This document shows positions 11,896 through 25,342 of a DNA stretch of 64,000 nt, in pieces. Under the pieces are notes generated by a model. That model had not been told where the DNA came from and did no database searches. It worked only from the letters and a program-made list of their open reading frames with translations. Origin of the DNA: Eledone cirrhosa (lineage: Eukaryota); contig OZ024742.1 of the NCBI GenBank assembly GCA_964016885.1, forward strand, positions 200,756,001 through 200,820,000, given 5' to 3'. The translations under genes and the position numbers were made by a program. Each line of letters starts with the position of its first letter. Positions within the stretch are counted from its first letter, which is position 1.

Positions 11896-13415
11896 GCCCC
11901 TGACCAGTGTACTGCGAAAAGTGAGAGCAGGATACAGGTTGGGAAAGGGAGGGCTTACCATCAATCACCTCCTCTTCATGGACGATCTTAAGCTCTTCGG
12001 GAAGAGTGAGAAGGAGTTGGATGTGCTTGTTGACACTGTCCGTATTTTCAGCAATGATATATGTATGCAATTTGGTATTAGTAAGTGTGGAGTCATTGTG
12101 ATGAAGAGGGGTAAATTGAGCAGAAGTAACGGAATCCAGGTACCAACAGGTGAGATGATAAAGGAAATTGACACAGAAGAAGGATACAAGTATTTGGGTG
12201 TTCTGGAGGCTGATGACATCAAGAACAAAAAAATAAAGGAATTGATAAGAACTGAATACATTCGGAGAGTAAGGAGCGTATTAAAGTCACATCTGAACAG
12301 TAGGAATGCCATAAGTGCAGTAAATTCCCGAGCTGTGTCTATTATTAGGTACAGTGCGGGAATTCTGAGATGGAATGTTGCTGAACAAAAAGAAATGGAT
12401 AGGAAGACTAGGAAGCTATTGACTATCTACAACATGTTCCACAAGAGGAGTGATGTCGATAGACTCTACTTAAGGAGATCTGAAGGTGGAAGAGGTTTTA
12501 TCAGCATAGAGGACTGTGTTCAGATGGAGAAAAACAACCTACACAAATACGTGACTGATAGTAAGGAGCCAATGCTCAGAACTGTACTGAAGGAGGGGAC
12601 AATAGACCAGAGGATGTCCAAGGAGGAAAGAACATCAAGGAGAAAGAGCAGCCTTCAGGAAAAATCCCTTCATAGTACCTTCTTTGAGAAAACTGAATTT
12701 AGAGATCCACAGACATGGAACTGGTTGAAAAGAGGAGACCTTAAAAAGGCTACAGAAGGAATGTTAATGGCTGCGCAGGAGCAGGCCCTCAAAACGAAGT
12801 GGTTGAAACACCATATTTACAAGGAGGAGGCTAGCCCACTGTGCAGGATCTGTGGAGAGAGAGAGGAGACTGTGGCTCACATTGTATCCGAGTGTAAACA
12901 CCTAGCCCAGACTCACTATAAGGGCTGGAGATATGATGTGATGGGCAGGGTGATCCACTGGCACCTATGCAAAATAAACAATTTACCACATTCTGAGAAG
13001 TGGTATGAGCATAAGCCAGAGTCGGTGATAGAAAACGATCAGGTGAAGGTGCTGTGGGAATTTAGGATACAGACGGACGAGAAACTGGAACACAATAGAC
13101 CTGATCTGGTGGTTGTGGACAAAGAAAAAAAGATCGTGCTTGATTGTGGATGTGGCCTGCCCATTCGACACGAGAGTGCAAGAGAAGGAGAGGGAGAAAA
13201 TTAACCGATACCAGGACTTAAAGTGGGAGGTAGAAAGGATTTGGAACTGCCATGAAGTCAAAGTGATCCCGATTGTCATAGGTGCACTAGGGACTATCTC
13301 AAAAAGTTTCCAGGAATGGTTAAAGAAAATTGGCCCCTTCACGCTTTTTGGAACGCTTCAAAAGGCATGCTTGCTGGGAACAGCAAGAACCCTCCGATAC
13401 GTCCTGAATATTTGA
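11896..13415 (+). pseudogene. RT C-half + Zn knuckle + restriction-like endonuclease, one frameshift near 13130
   Basis: ORF 11798-13204 continues into ORF 13113-13415 across the A-run AAAGAAAAAAAG. Confidence 0.88.
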
Positions 13416-13486
13416 GGCTGCAGGTAGTGGCTTGATATTCATTTCAACAAACTTTCCAGTTAACTAACATCAATGACTGAGATTCA

Positions 13487-13487
<1 letters not shown>
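11896..13487 (+). mobile_element. 5'-truncated R4/Dong-clade non-LTR retrotransposon inserted in (TAA)n
   Basis: RT motif INHLLFMDDLKLF, YKYLG, LYLRRSEGGRG, CCHC finger CRICG..ETVAHIVSEC, RLE RPDLVVVD..DVACP..EK..RYQDL; short 3' UTR; (AAT)n on both sides. Confidence 0.9.
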
Positions 13488-13519
<32 letters not shown>

Positions 13520-13522
<3 letters not shown>

Positions 13523-13845
13523 TGTTTCTACTTTAGGCACAAGGCCAGCAATTACCCAGTGCATTACTGGTACTTTATTTTATCTACCACGTAAGAATGA
13601 AAGGCAAAGTCAACCTCGGCGAGATATAATAATAATGATTTCTAGTATAGGCACAAGGCCAGTAATTTGGGGGCTGGCGAAAGTCAATTAAATCGACCCC
13701 AGTACGTTGCTGGTGCTTTATTTTATCGACCCCGTAAGGCAAAGTTAACCTCGGCGGGATTTGAACTCAGATCATAAAGGACCGAAACTCAATGCTGCAA
13801 AGCATGGCGTCCGATGCTCTCCCGATTCTGCCAATCCACCACCCT
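13520..13845 (-). mobile_element. Two SINE family A copies (13520-13625 truncated; 13636-13845 full-length)
   Basis: Reverse complement of SINE body; head GGGTGGTGGATTGGCAGAATCGG abuts the (ATT)n tail of the Tx1-like LINE. Confidence 0.88.
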
Positions 13846-14149
13846 AATAATAATAATAATAATGATGATTTCATTTATTGGCCCACAAGGGCCGACATGT
13901 AGGGTACAATACAAAGACACAGACAATGGGGGTTTACAATAAGGTCGAGTAAAAGTGCACAATGGCAAGACTAATTTAACAATGAAAATATAAAAATATA
14001 AAATAAACTATGCATAAATATAACAAAATAAATCCCCCTATAGGGGGGTGACGACTCAGGGGTGACTCAGGTACCCCACCAATCCTGAACCACCCTGCGC
14101 TTCTAGGGCACCCGGGGAGAGCACCCCTCTCCTCCTCAAATTAGCTAGC

Positions 14150-15070
14150 CTATAGGTGCATGATCACAGTAGGCTCATTCAGATATGCCATTCTCGCCAC
14201 ATCCATCCACCTTTTAGCTAATGTATTGGGGGGAGGGGAAGCCCTTCTCTCTCCACCCTCACATTCCTTTCCAGGGGAAACTTGAAGAAGTTGATGAGTG
14301 CTTGGCCGAAGAGAAAAGTGTCTGTATTCTGTCCTTTCAATCTGGTCCACCATATAACCTCTTTCGCAACTGCCACCAGACAGAGGAATATTTCCTGCTC
14401 TTCCTGACCTAAGGAAGGCGGCGGGTCGATCTTCACTATGGACTCGGCCGATAGCCGGATCCGTTCCACACGCAACAGTAGCTGTTCGACATAACTCCAC
14501 AAGTCAGTAATGCACCGACATTGGACAAGTGCGTGCAGAACGGTTTCGTCGCTCTGTGCGCATCTCGGGCAGGTCCGTCTGACAGCACTTCCGTGCCTGT
14601 AGAGTTTATCTCGAACCAGCAGTGCCTCCCGGTAATACTGCCAAGCGAGGCATTTCTGGAAATTGTCCATCGTCGAGGCCCAAAACTTCTCCAAGTGCGT
14701 CATCGCCATTGCCCACCACTAATCCTCTATAGAACTCGAGAGTGGAAGTTCCACTGATCGCATTACCCGCTTGGTAGAGGGCAGTGCAGTGAGTGCCTGG
14801 CAATATTCCAGGTCAGTCACCCAATGCTGGTCACTTCTTGACCCAGGACTGCAGCTCAGTCAAAGAAACGAGCTGCGGAAAGGCCCGTCTGATAAACGGC
14901 GACCACACCTGCTCACCGTTTAGGCAGAATATCTGGAGATGTCGCAGCCTCAGCGCATGTCTACGCATCATTAGCCATGGCATGCCCAGCCCTCCGCCTA
15001 GAGGGTGCTGGCAGCAGATGGACCGCCTCACCAACGGGACTTGTCATCTCCACAAAAATATGAACGACAT
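14150..15070 (-). pseudogene. Tx1/L1 ORF2 C-terminal region (post-RT, zf-RVT), frameshifted
   Basis: ORFs 14831-15034 (GGGLGMPWL) and 14218-14709 (RDKLYRHG..CPRCAQSDETVLHALVQC..LW). Confidence 0.85.
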
Positions 15071-15184
15071 TACCTCAAGATCTAGGCCTTTCCCAAACAG
15101 CACGGCACGCCACCTCTCATTCCAGGTCGACTACCAGATCAGAAGATCTGATAGTCGTCGAAAATGGGGGCTAGTGCGCGTGTA

Positions 15185-15320
15185 TCGAAAATTCTGGTCT
15201 CGTTGACGGCAATTACATTCATTTCTAGAGACCTGAGGTCGATGACAGGCAGTGACCCTGCTTCCTGGGCGACCCCAGGCCACGAACATTTAAACATCCT
15301 ACTTTTAATATGGTCATTTT
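15185..15320 (-). pseudogene. Apurinic-like endonuclease N-terminus of Tx1/L1 ORF2
   Basis: Minus-strand translation CLNVRGLGSPRKQG..DLRSLEMNVIAVNETRI (with a frameshift). Confidence 0.7.
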
Positions 15321-15920
15321 GGCAATCTGAAGGAGAGAGGAAAGGTTTACTTACCTCCTGGAGTCGTGTGGAGGTAGGGTGTTTTGACCTCTATGGTTGG
15401 TGGGGTTTCCATTGGGAACCCCTTTAGGAGCCTACTCGGGGTTTTGACATTAGGATCCCCACGTCGTTGGGAAAGCTCTCCCTAATATTTTTGTATTGGC
15501 ATCAGCACCAATCACAGTGTTTGGGGCACTTTGAGGGTGCAGGTGCCAAAAATCTCTCCCTCTTTCTCAATGTCTTTTTTCGGGATACAAGGGTCATTAG
15601 TTGTTTGTTGGCCCTCCTTAGTAACGCGAAGTTAGTGTGTCTGTAGCTGTTGGTGCGTGCGTGATTTTTCTTTTGTTTGGGCTGACTTGTGCTGGTGCCG
15701 GTGTTGTTGACGATTGTGGAGTTGGTATTGTTGTGGGTGTGTCTGTATTTGCTGTGGGTGTGTTTTGCGTGCTTGTGGGTGTGTGGAGCTAGATTTTTCT
15801 TTTTCTTTTTGTGCTTTCTTTGTTGCTTTTTAGCTTTTTGGGGTTCCCCTTCATCTTCACTCGGAGATTTGGAGGAACTTGTGTCTGGGGACTCTGTGTC
15901 AGAGAGATGTGGGAGTGTGT

Positions 15921-16451
15921 TTACGGGTGTGTGTGTTGTTTTGCTTTGTGTGGTTGTGTTTGAAATAGGTGGGCACGGAGAGCTTGGTTGAGTGATATAA
16001 TTGTCCTTGTTGTTAATGGCGTTGTTTCATTTTCTGTTGCTGCTGGTGTTGTCCCTCCTCCCGACACCGGTGTTAGCAGTAACGAAGGTTTGCAGCCCCC
16101 TGCAGTTTTCAATTGGGGGCAAAAGGCTCTCAGGTGTGTGGTTTCACCACACACGAAATAATGCGGCCGTTTGCTCTCCGTGCTTACCTGGATTTCGTAC
16201 GCGTCCGGTAGTTTGATGTGGTCCGGTATGTTTTTTATGTCTTCAGGTCTAATTTGGAGAAGAATCTCCAAACCAGTCCCGGACCACCTCTCTCTCTTTG
16301 TGAATTTAAGGTCGTGGAGGGTATCAGGGCCCTCTACCACTACGCATCCCAGGAGCCACCATAAATCCAGTCCTGGTGGAATCCTGGGAACACGGACCCT
16401 TACTGTTCTCCTCCCTATGTAGGACGGGTACATTATTATTATCACTAGCAC
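15921..16451 (-). pseudogene. Tx1-like ORF1 fragment with CCHC zinc knuckle
   Basis: TVRVRVPRIPPGL..IPDHIKL..KRPHYFVCGETTHLRAFCP (first Cys degenerated to Tyr). Confidence 0.7.
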
Positions 16452-16469
16452 AAAAAGCCATCCTTATGA

Positions 16470-16880
16470 TGGTCTTCCAGAAGTTTCATCTTGGGTAGGC
16501 TCGGCTAATATCACTTCCGTAGAGTTTATCCTGAACCGGTATTGACTCCCACCCTCCGTGTAGCACTGCCAGGACGGGGATTACTAGCTGTTATCTATCA
16601 GTCCTAGGCTGAAACTTCTCCGGGAGAGAGCGTGAAAGAGACGAACTGGGAACACACGTGTTTGGCAAAAAGCAACAACACATATTCACCGCCAAGGAAA
16701 AGCAGGAATTGTCGTTGCTTCAACACATATCTGCGCATAATCCGCCATGGCATGCCTAGTCCTCCTCACGGAGGGTTTGGACAGCAGATGGAACGTCTGG
16801 TCATTGGAACGCGTCATTTTACAGAAAGTGAAAGAGTAGAAGCTCCACTGCGGTCAAATGAGCGTCTCCAGCTTTTGCGG
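16470..16880 (-). mobile_element. Second, more diverged Tx1-like ORF2 fragment
   Basis: RRSICC..GGLGMPWRIMRR, paralogous to 14831-15034; CCGTAGAGTTTATC paralogous to ~14600. Confidence 0.65.
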
Positions 16881-16990
16881 TAATGGCTCAAATATCAATA
16901 CGTAGAAGAAAGACGAGAGGCTGCATCCATCTTTCCATCAATATTTGTAATGTTATTTATACAACTGTGATTGTATAGTTATGGTTATAT

Positions 16991-17180
16991 AGGGTGGTAG
17001 ATTGGCAGAATCGGTAGAGCGTCAGACACCATGCTTTCTAGCATAGTTACGTCCCTTTACAGTCTGATTTCAAATCCCGCCGAGATAAACTTTGCCTTTC
17101 ATCCCTACGGGGTCGATAAAATAAAGTACCAGTAATGTACTGGGTAATTGCTGGCCTTGTGCCTAAAGTAGAAACAGTTA
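16991..17180 (+). mobile_element. Full-length SINE family A with TSD-like flanks
   Basis: Head AGGGTGGTAGATTGGCAGAATCGG; TTATTT(T)ATACAACTGTGA repeated at ~16953 and ~17178. Confidence 0.88.
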
Positions 17181-17812
17181 TTTATACAACTGTGACGTGT
17201 AAATTAGATGAGCATTCTACTGACACGAATACTCGTAACACATTTCTCTTGTACAGGCCATTCTGTAGGCATCCAACCAGTTTCCGACCAACAAAATTTC
17301 CTCCATAAGTTCTAGGTCAATCCAAGGACGTAGTAAATGAGAATTCGTCAATATGAAACGGAGGGGAAGCGAACACAGAATCTGATGATTGCGAAGAAAA
17401 TTTCTTAACAATCGGCAAAGCTACGCGCTTTACAAGAAGTTTTGATCAGTAGATTGAAAACAAGTGACGGACATTAAGAGGTGGATGATCGGTTGGCTGG
17501 CAGTTGGGTTGGCTGGCTTGTCGGTGGCTGGGTCGGTGGGTAGGTTGGCTGGCTGGCCAGTTGGACACATTTACGGACGTGTAAGACGAGTATATGATAT
17601 ATTATTGTATTCGAAAAGTGATGGCGTCGGCGTAGTTGTATGAGTTGAGCGAGAAAGAGGCGAAAAGAGAAAGTGATATCTATGTTTCTATGTACCTGTC
17701 ACTCTTTCTTTCATACACTCTCTTTATATATATATATATATATATATACATATATATGTGTATGTGTGTGTGAGTGTGTGTATTGAGAGAGAGAGAGAGA
17801 GAGAAAGAAGGG

Positions 17813-17852
<40 letters not shown>

Positions 17853-17899
17853 CATAGATATGTGTGTGAGTGTGTGTTTTGAGAGAGAGAGAGAGAGAA

Positions 17900-17949
<50 letters not shown>

Positions 17950-18335
17950 ATGTGTATAGATTAGATAGATAGATTGATAGATAGACAGAACGATGAGAGA
18001 ATGGTATGGAGTGAATTTCTTCAAGTAATGCTGAAAGTGTGTTGATCAAATGAAATGCCAAGACGAATCAAAGATTGGATAAGTCAAATGGAACAAGGAG
18101 AAACGCATCAGTGATCTTGCTCTGTAATTGGGAGCACAATTTACTCCCAGAGAAAGCATCGTTCATAGACATGTTTAGGTACAGACGGCATCTATTAATC
18201 CCAGTTCCATAGTCTCTGAAGATACCATTTTTTTCCGGTAATCAGCTAGTATTAGAAAAAGAGGAAACGAACAATAACAATAACAACGAAAATCATGACC
18301 AATAAAAGCAACGTAACAACATTTAAAATAAATAT

Positions 18336-18381
<46 letters not shown>

Positions 18382-18529
18382 AAATAAGAAAACAAATAAC
18401 AAAAAGTCCCTCTCAATGAAAACGATTCTTTGTAGCAGTAATTGAGTTGGAGTGAGAATTTATATATATATATATACATATATATGTATATATGTGTATA
18501 TATATACATATATACATATATATAAATAC

Positions 18530-18672
<143 letters not shown>

Positions 18673-18798
18673 GAGTGAGAGAGACAGAGAGAGTGAGAGG
18701 AGGAGAACGAGAGTGAGAGAAGTCGATACAGAAGGCAGGGAGCAAACCTTTTGATTTGTTATGTATAAAATATCTATTGAGAGAAGACTGATTTATTC

Positions 18799-18841
<43 letters not shown>

Positions 18842-18883
18842 CTCTGCATGCATCTACACCGCTCTCTCTCTCCCATCTCTCTC

Positions 18884-18918
<35 letters not shown>

Positions 18919-18981
18919 ATATCTTGTGTAATATGAAACATAATCCATCGAGTATAATATAGATTGATTGTAATATGTATG

Positions 18982-19054
<73 letters not shown>

Positions 19055-19335
19055 TATAGTATATACATACTTTATATTATATATCATACATACATATACA
19101 AGTATATATTAAACTTATCCAATATCTCTTCTCAGTTAAGCTCTCAAAGAAAACATCCATGGATAGATATGTAGATATTTATCAATTTATCTATTAATCA
19201 ATCAGATTTTCATAAACGGATATATATATATATATTTATGTAGACACGTTTGTATATATGTATACACGCATTTAGAGCACACATAGAAACACGAACACAC
19301 ATACTCAGACAGGTATATATATATATGTCATATAT

Positions 19336-19411
<76 letters not shown>

Positions 19412-19570
19412 TGGGGGGGGGGGTGTAAAGGGGGTTAAGTTCTGTACAAATCAAAGTTTATAGAAAAAAGTTGAATGGAAACAGCCAGAAGTATATTTAA
19501 AGAATCTTTTTTCTTCTTTAATCTGACAAAGTGTTATTTTTGAAAAAAGAAGACACACACACACACACAC

Positions 19571-19638
<68 letters not shown>

Positions 19639-19650
19639 CTGTGTGTGTGT

Positions 19651-20005
19651 GTCATCCGCATGAGTGACGATACAATTCCAAAATCCCTCATGTATGGTCA
19701 GCTTAGTAGCGGCAACAGGAAAGTTGGTAGACCATGGCTACGATATAAGGATAAGTTAAAATCACATCTCACGGCTCTTGCAATCCTTTCCAGTGATTGC
19801 GAACAAATAGTGTGTTGACCGTACAGGGACGAAGCAACGGGCCATGATACCTGCAAGACTCTCCATAAACCCTTGCTGTCGCGACCTATGTGGCTTGGTC
19901 TGTGGGTCGCTGGCGGGATTGAAATGTCACATGAGACACCGTCATCCAGAGAGCTGAACTTTTGTTGGACATTCATTCATACGTTGGATATCGACGGGAG
20001 AGTCC

Positions 20006-20007
<2 letters not shown>
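19651..20007 (+). mobile_element. RTE-clade LINE 3' fragment
   Basis: VIRMSDDTIPKSLMYGQLSSGNRKVGRPWLRYKDKLK, typical RTE C-terminus. Confidence 0.85.
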
Positions 20008-20037
<30 letters not shown>

Positions 20038-20123
20038 ACGAAGGAAAGGTGGTAAGGAACCAGGTAGACCGTAACGCACCAAAGTACTCAATACTTAGAG
20101 TAGTAGAGTGGGTAATAGGTAAT

Positions 20124-20163
<40 letters not shown>

Positions 20164-20259
20164 GCATAGACTAATTATTATGCTGCCAATACCTTAATGG
20201 GACACGGGTATACAATACCTAACTCCTATTAACCTAAGTATATACACATATATATATAT

Positions 20260-20365
<106 letters not shown>

Positions 20366-21174
20366 TACGTACATATATATGTGTGTGTATGTAAATATTG
20401 TACAAGTAACATCTATAGTTTCCATCTAACGAGACATTCGTCAATCCAGTGTTATATTAGAAGATATTCTCCCAAGGTGCCGCGCAGAATGTTTAAACCC
20501 AAGTCCCTGTAGTTGCCAAGCTAACTTCTAAGACTGTATGTAGTGGTATAAATGTTTAAGTTAAATGAAGAATCTTGGAAGTGACTGCTTTTTTCATTTC
20601 ATTCTTTCTCCCGTTCTCATCTCAAATCCACTTCATCTTTAACAAAGAAAAGGATCAAGTTTGTTGATATAAAAGAACAATAAAATCTTGTTGAAATAAT
20701 ATAATCAATGAATTTATCGAATTACATTTTAATTTCCTCTCTTATTAAAGAAATATGTCCACGGAGTGGAAAAATCTTTTCTTGAGATTACTATAGACTG
20801 TAAAGTTGCACCAAATGTCTGGCTTGTTAGTTTTAAAATAACATTTCATATGAAAATAGCAATTATATTTATTGTGCTCGTCATCCCTGATATAATATTG
20901 TCCAGTGTAGACGTAGTCATGGTTAAAGGGACAGGCATGACATGACTGTATGGTTATGGAGTTCACTTTGAGTAAATATCTACTATAACCTCGGGTTGGC
21001 CAATACCTTGTGAGTGGAAAGTGTGCGGTAATTTGAATAATTCATTTGCAAACAAGGAATTAAAAACATCGTAACTTCTATTTCTATATCTGGGATAAAT
21101 TTAAGATCTGATTTTTAGACATTTCATTTTATTGTCTGGTGTTGGAAAGTGGGTTGCTCTGATTAATCAGCAGA

Positions 21175-22313
21175 TAATTGGTATCGGCCGTATCGGCCAT
21201 TTTGCCAACGAGTCGGTATCGGGTTTTTTCCGATTAATTGGTTTTGATAATCGGCCAGTATTGTTTTTGAGCAAGAAAACAATGAATGGCAGAGAAATAC
21301 AGAAAAAATGTTCAAGATATAGAAATACATGAGAGACATATAATTTCTAGGTCACAATATAAGCCGACCAGTATAACGTAACTCTATTCCTAGAGCTTGA
21401 ACATGCTCACCTACATAACTGGAAATTAATTGTGAGACTCAAGGGGCGTAACTCGTGTAGGTCAAAAGGTGTCAACGTACAAGAGAGTCCCTCCTACCCA
21501 CCTGAGAGGATATTCTTTTAATCGATCTTTTATAAAGGAATTTATTTTGAAATCAAAAATATTCAAACTACAAGTTTATTGTAATGTATTCAACACATTT
21601 CCAGTAATTCCTGTTAACTTATCTTACTCAAACGAAATATATAATTTAATTGTTTCTACTTTCGGCACAAGGCCAGCAATTACTCAGTACATTACTGGTA
21701 CTTTATTTTACCGACCTCGTAAGGATGAAAGTCAACGTTAACCTTGGCGGGATTTGAACTCAGATCGTAAAGGGACGTAACTATGCTGGAAAGCATGTCC
21801 AACCCTCTACCAAATCAGATTTAAGAACTCGTAAATAATAATTGTTTCTACTTTTGGCACAAGGCCAGCAATTATACCAGTACATTACTGGTACTTTATT
21901 TTTTCGACCTCGTAAGGATGAAAGGCAAAGTTAACGTCGGTGGGATTTGAACTCAGACGGTAAAGGGACTTAACTCTATGCTGCAAAGCATGGCGTCCGA
22001 CCCTCTACCGATACGGCCAATCCACCGCCTTTTACGAACTCGTAAATTATAATGCATAACTAACAGAATTTCCCCATTTCAGAGTAAAAGCTATTACTTC
22101 CAGGCTTGCATATGTTAAAACTTAAATTTGTCATAATGTGCTGTCAAATAGTAGCTCTATAATAGTTATTATTTATGGAAGGTTATAATACATTACTTTC
22201 AATTAATTATAATACTATGTTCATATCACAGTACATAATTTCATTACAGATAATTGGCTGACGATTATTCAGTAAATGGTAATCGGCCAATTTGCTTATC
22301 GGTACATCCTTAG
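21175..22313. mobile_element. Possible hAT-like non-autonomous DNA transposon remnant with nested SINEs
   Basis: Clustered ATCGGCC/TATCGG subterminal motifs at both ends; right end TATCGGTACATCCTTA resembles ATCGGTGCATCCCTA-type termini. Confidence 0.4.
21648..22030 (-). mobile_element. Two tandem SINE family A copies (21648-21812, 21840-22030)
   Basis: Reverse complement of SINE; GAACTCGTAAAT.ATAAT duplicated on either side of the second copy. Confidence 0.88.
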
Positions 22314-22649
22314 TTACAATAGACAATAAAGATTTAACATGTCGACGAAAGGCCTGACTGAGGAAAGGTGTCAACATGAAAGAAATATAACTCTAAAGTC
22401 TTTTCTTCAAAACAAAATACACAACTGAGAGCCGAATATTCGAATAGCCGAATACTCGAAAATGAGTTTAATAGCGATAAGCGAACATTAAAAGAGTTAC
22501 TGCAAAATCCCAACTACCTTTAATATTTCTGGTAGAAGAGTTTAAATTAGCAAAACTCCGCTATCGTATGATGTGACGATATTTGTAGGACTCCATTGCT
22601 CGCACAATCCAGTGAAGGAAGTTGACAGAAAGTTATAGAGAGCTAGCAA

Positions 22650-23279
22650 AGCTGGGAAGGAGACAGAGAGAAGCGGGAAGGAGACAGAGAGAAGCGGGAA
22701 GGAGACAGAGTGAAGCGGGAAGGAGACAGAACGAAGTGGGAAGGAGACAGAGTGAAGCGGGAAGGAGACAGAGAGAAGCGGGAAGGAGACAGAGAGAAGC
22801 GGGAAGGAGACAGAGAGAAGCGGGAAGGAGACAGAGTGAAGCGGGAAGGAGACAGAGAGAAGCGGGAAGGAGACAGAGTGAAGCGGGAAGGAGACAGAGA
22901 GAAGCGGGAAGGAGACAGAGTGAAGCGGGAAGGAGACAGAACGAAGTGGGAAGGAGACAGAGAGAAGCGGGAAGGAGACAGAGTGAAGCGGGAAGGAAAC
23001 AGAACGAAGTGGGAAGGAGACAGAGAGAAGTGAGAAGGAGACAGAGTGAAGCGGGAAGGAGACAGAGTGAAGCGGGAAGGAGACAGAACGAAGTGGGAAG
23101 GAGACAGAGAGAAGCGGGAAGGAGACAGAGTGAAGCGGGAAGGAGACAGAGTGAAGCGGGAAGGAAACAGAACGAAGTGGGAAGGAGACAGAGAGAAGTG
23201 AGAAGGAGACAGAGTGAAGCGGGAAGGAGACAGAGTGAAGCGGGAAGGAGACAGAACGAAGTGGGAAGGAGACAGAGAC
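22650..23279. repeat. 21-bp purine-rich minisatellite (GAAGCGGGAAGGAGACAGAGA), ~30 units
   Basis: Unit variants AGA/AGT/AAC recur in a higher-order pattern. Confidence 0.95.
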
Positions 23280-23309
23280 TATTCTGAAAATGAAAGAGGA
23301 GATAGGTGT

Positions 23310-23510
23310 AGGATTGAGACACACAGACACGAAATGGTGTCTTGGGTCTGAGGATGCTTGAGGTCTCGATGGAGACCGGTGCAAAGAGGACGCGGCCGGA
23401 CAAGTTCCCTGTATTTGCTTGTCTTCCTGTCCTCTGTTTTGGGGGCCGTGGTACCTGCGTTTGTGGCCGAGATGAGTAAGCTAGCGGTGTCACAGCATGT
23501 CAATGGAAAG
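23310..23510 (-). mobile_element. CRE-like RLE C-terminal fragment
   Basis: TCCDTA..SATNAGTTAPKTEDRKTSKYREL / FAPVSIETSSILRP parallels the CRE ORF at 41489-42433. Confidence 0.65.
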
Positions 23511-23534
23511 TGATATGTTGACACGCTTTCAACA

Positions 23535-23800
23535 TATCTTGGCGACAGAGCGTCACAAATGGACTATCTGGATAGTCCACCCGCGTCGGATATTGTTCGT
23601 CTAAGAAGGATACGTTTTGCGGGACATTGTTACAGGGCAAAAAAAGAGTGAGTCAACCGTGCTCTTTTATGGAAGCCAGCGCAAGGTCATAGAACTAGAT
23701 GTCATCCTGCAACAACATATCTAGATATGGCATATGCTGACACGGGAGGAAATTTAACAGAACTTGGAGTGACAATGCTAGATCTAGACAAATGGAAATA
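23535..23800 (+). mobile_element. RTE-like LINE C-terminal fragment
   Basis: RLRRIRFAGHCYRAKKE*VNRALLWKPAQGHRTR.HPATTYLD. Confidence 0.7.
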
Positions 23801-24147
23801 TTCACTGGATCGAGAAAACTCGACTCGTAAGATATTGTCACAGAAGAAATTCACCTCATCATGGAGGAGCAGCGTGAAACAGGAGTGAATGTGTATGAAA
23901 AACAGCGGAACTAAAAAGGCTGACGTAGAAGAGGTTATGGAGCATGGAACCTATAAGGTTCGTCCTAAATGCAGTGTTCCTATCTCCAGCCAATATTTCA
24001 TGGTAGGGATGGAGTAACTGCTGATTGTCATCAATGAGGAGGTTATGACGATGATGATACTAGAGTTTTTAGTTAATGACTTCTATTTTTGCTCCTCCTG
24101 CTGCTACTGCTGCTGCTGCTGCTAATGGCATTAATGATGCCTTTCGC

Positions 24148-24226
24148 TTCTTCTTCTTCTTCTTCTTCTTCTTCTTCTTCTTCTTCTTCTTCTTCTTCTT
24201 CTTCTTCTTCTTCTTCTTCTTCTTCT
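24148..24226. repeat. (TTC)n microsatellite
   Basis: Directly visible. Confidence 0.97.
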
Positions 24227-24451
24227 TTGTGATAATTGTTATGAAAGACAATTGCCTTCTTCATCCAGTCAGAACTCATGCCCAGCCCCACCTGATTTCG
24301 TATTTTGCGTTGTTGTTATCCAGTCAGAGTGAATGAGTGAGTGAGGAAGATCAGAACAAGAGAAAGAGAGGGGGCGGGGAGAAAGGAGATAATACCAAAA
24401 ATATATCGGAAGGTTTAACAGAAAGAATGATTAAAGAGTTCCGAAGACTTT

Positions 24452-25342
24452 AACACACACACACACACACCACATCCCATACACACACACCACAACCCCT
24501 CCCCCCCCCACACACCACACACACCACACACACCACACATACCACACACACACACACCACACATCCCATTCACACACCAGACCACACATCCTATACACAC
24601 ACACACCACACATGCCATACACACACCAGACCACACATCCCATGCACACACCAGACCACACGTCCTATACACACACACACAGACACCCCACACATGCCAT
24701 ACACACACCACACATCCTATACACACACACACTCACCACACATGCTATACACACATCAGACCACACACAAAATGACTATACATGCACCACATACACATCT
24801 TATATATACACTAATCACACACACATTACACACAGCACATCTCTCCCACACACCTATACACAGACACACACTACATACAAATGCACACAATCAGAATACA
24901 CACACACAACACCATTCCCAGAAGCACACCGTACAAACGACACACACATTACATAAGCACAGACTCTATACATCACACATATACTTTCCATCATCGCTCC
25001 GCCACACGTACACACACTATATAGGGTAGTCAACAACACACCGTACTATGCCTATAATATAACTACACTACACACACACTACACCACACACATACACACA
25101 CACCACTACCACCACCACCACCACACTACACATACACACACATACACACACATATACACACATCCACACACACACCACACTACACATACACAGGTGCATA
25201 CACACACACACACTCTGTCTCACACACACACTCTGTCTCACACACACTCTGTCTCACACACACTACACACACACACTCTGTCTCACATACACACACTCTC
25301 TCTCTCTCACACACAGACACTCTCTTTCTCTCTCACACACAT
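24452..25342. repeat. CA-rich low-complexity/degenerate minisatellite
   Basis: CACACACCACACAT-type units. Confidence 0.85.

Larger units (their letters stand above)
13862..16451 (-). mobile_element. Internally deleted Tx1/L1-clade LINE (ORF1 part, APE N-terminus, ORF2 C-terminus, 3' UTR with AATAAA and (ATT)n tail)
   Basis: ORF1 zinc-knuckle remnant, LNVRGL..ETR endonuclease start, GGLGMP, CPRC..ETVLHALVQC finger, KEVIWWTR. Confidence 0.85.

Noticed and set aside
20600-20966. Possible decayed GIY-YIG (CHACPF..) on the minus strand; similar hint at 62028-62282
   Set aside because: Too few conserved motifs to call by eye
22542-23493. 221-286 aa repetitive ORFs (EAGRRQR, SVSFPLH)
   Set aside because: They arise from a stop-free 21-bp minisatellite that is open on both strands; no coding evidence
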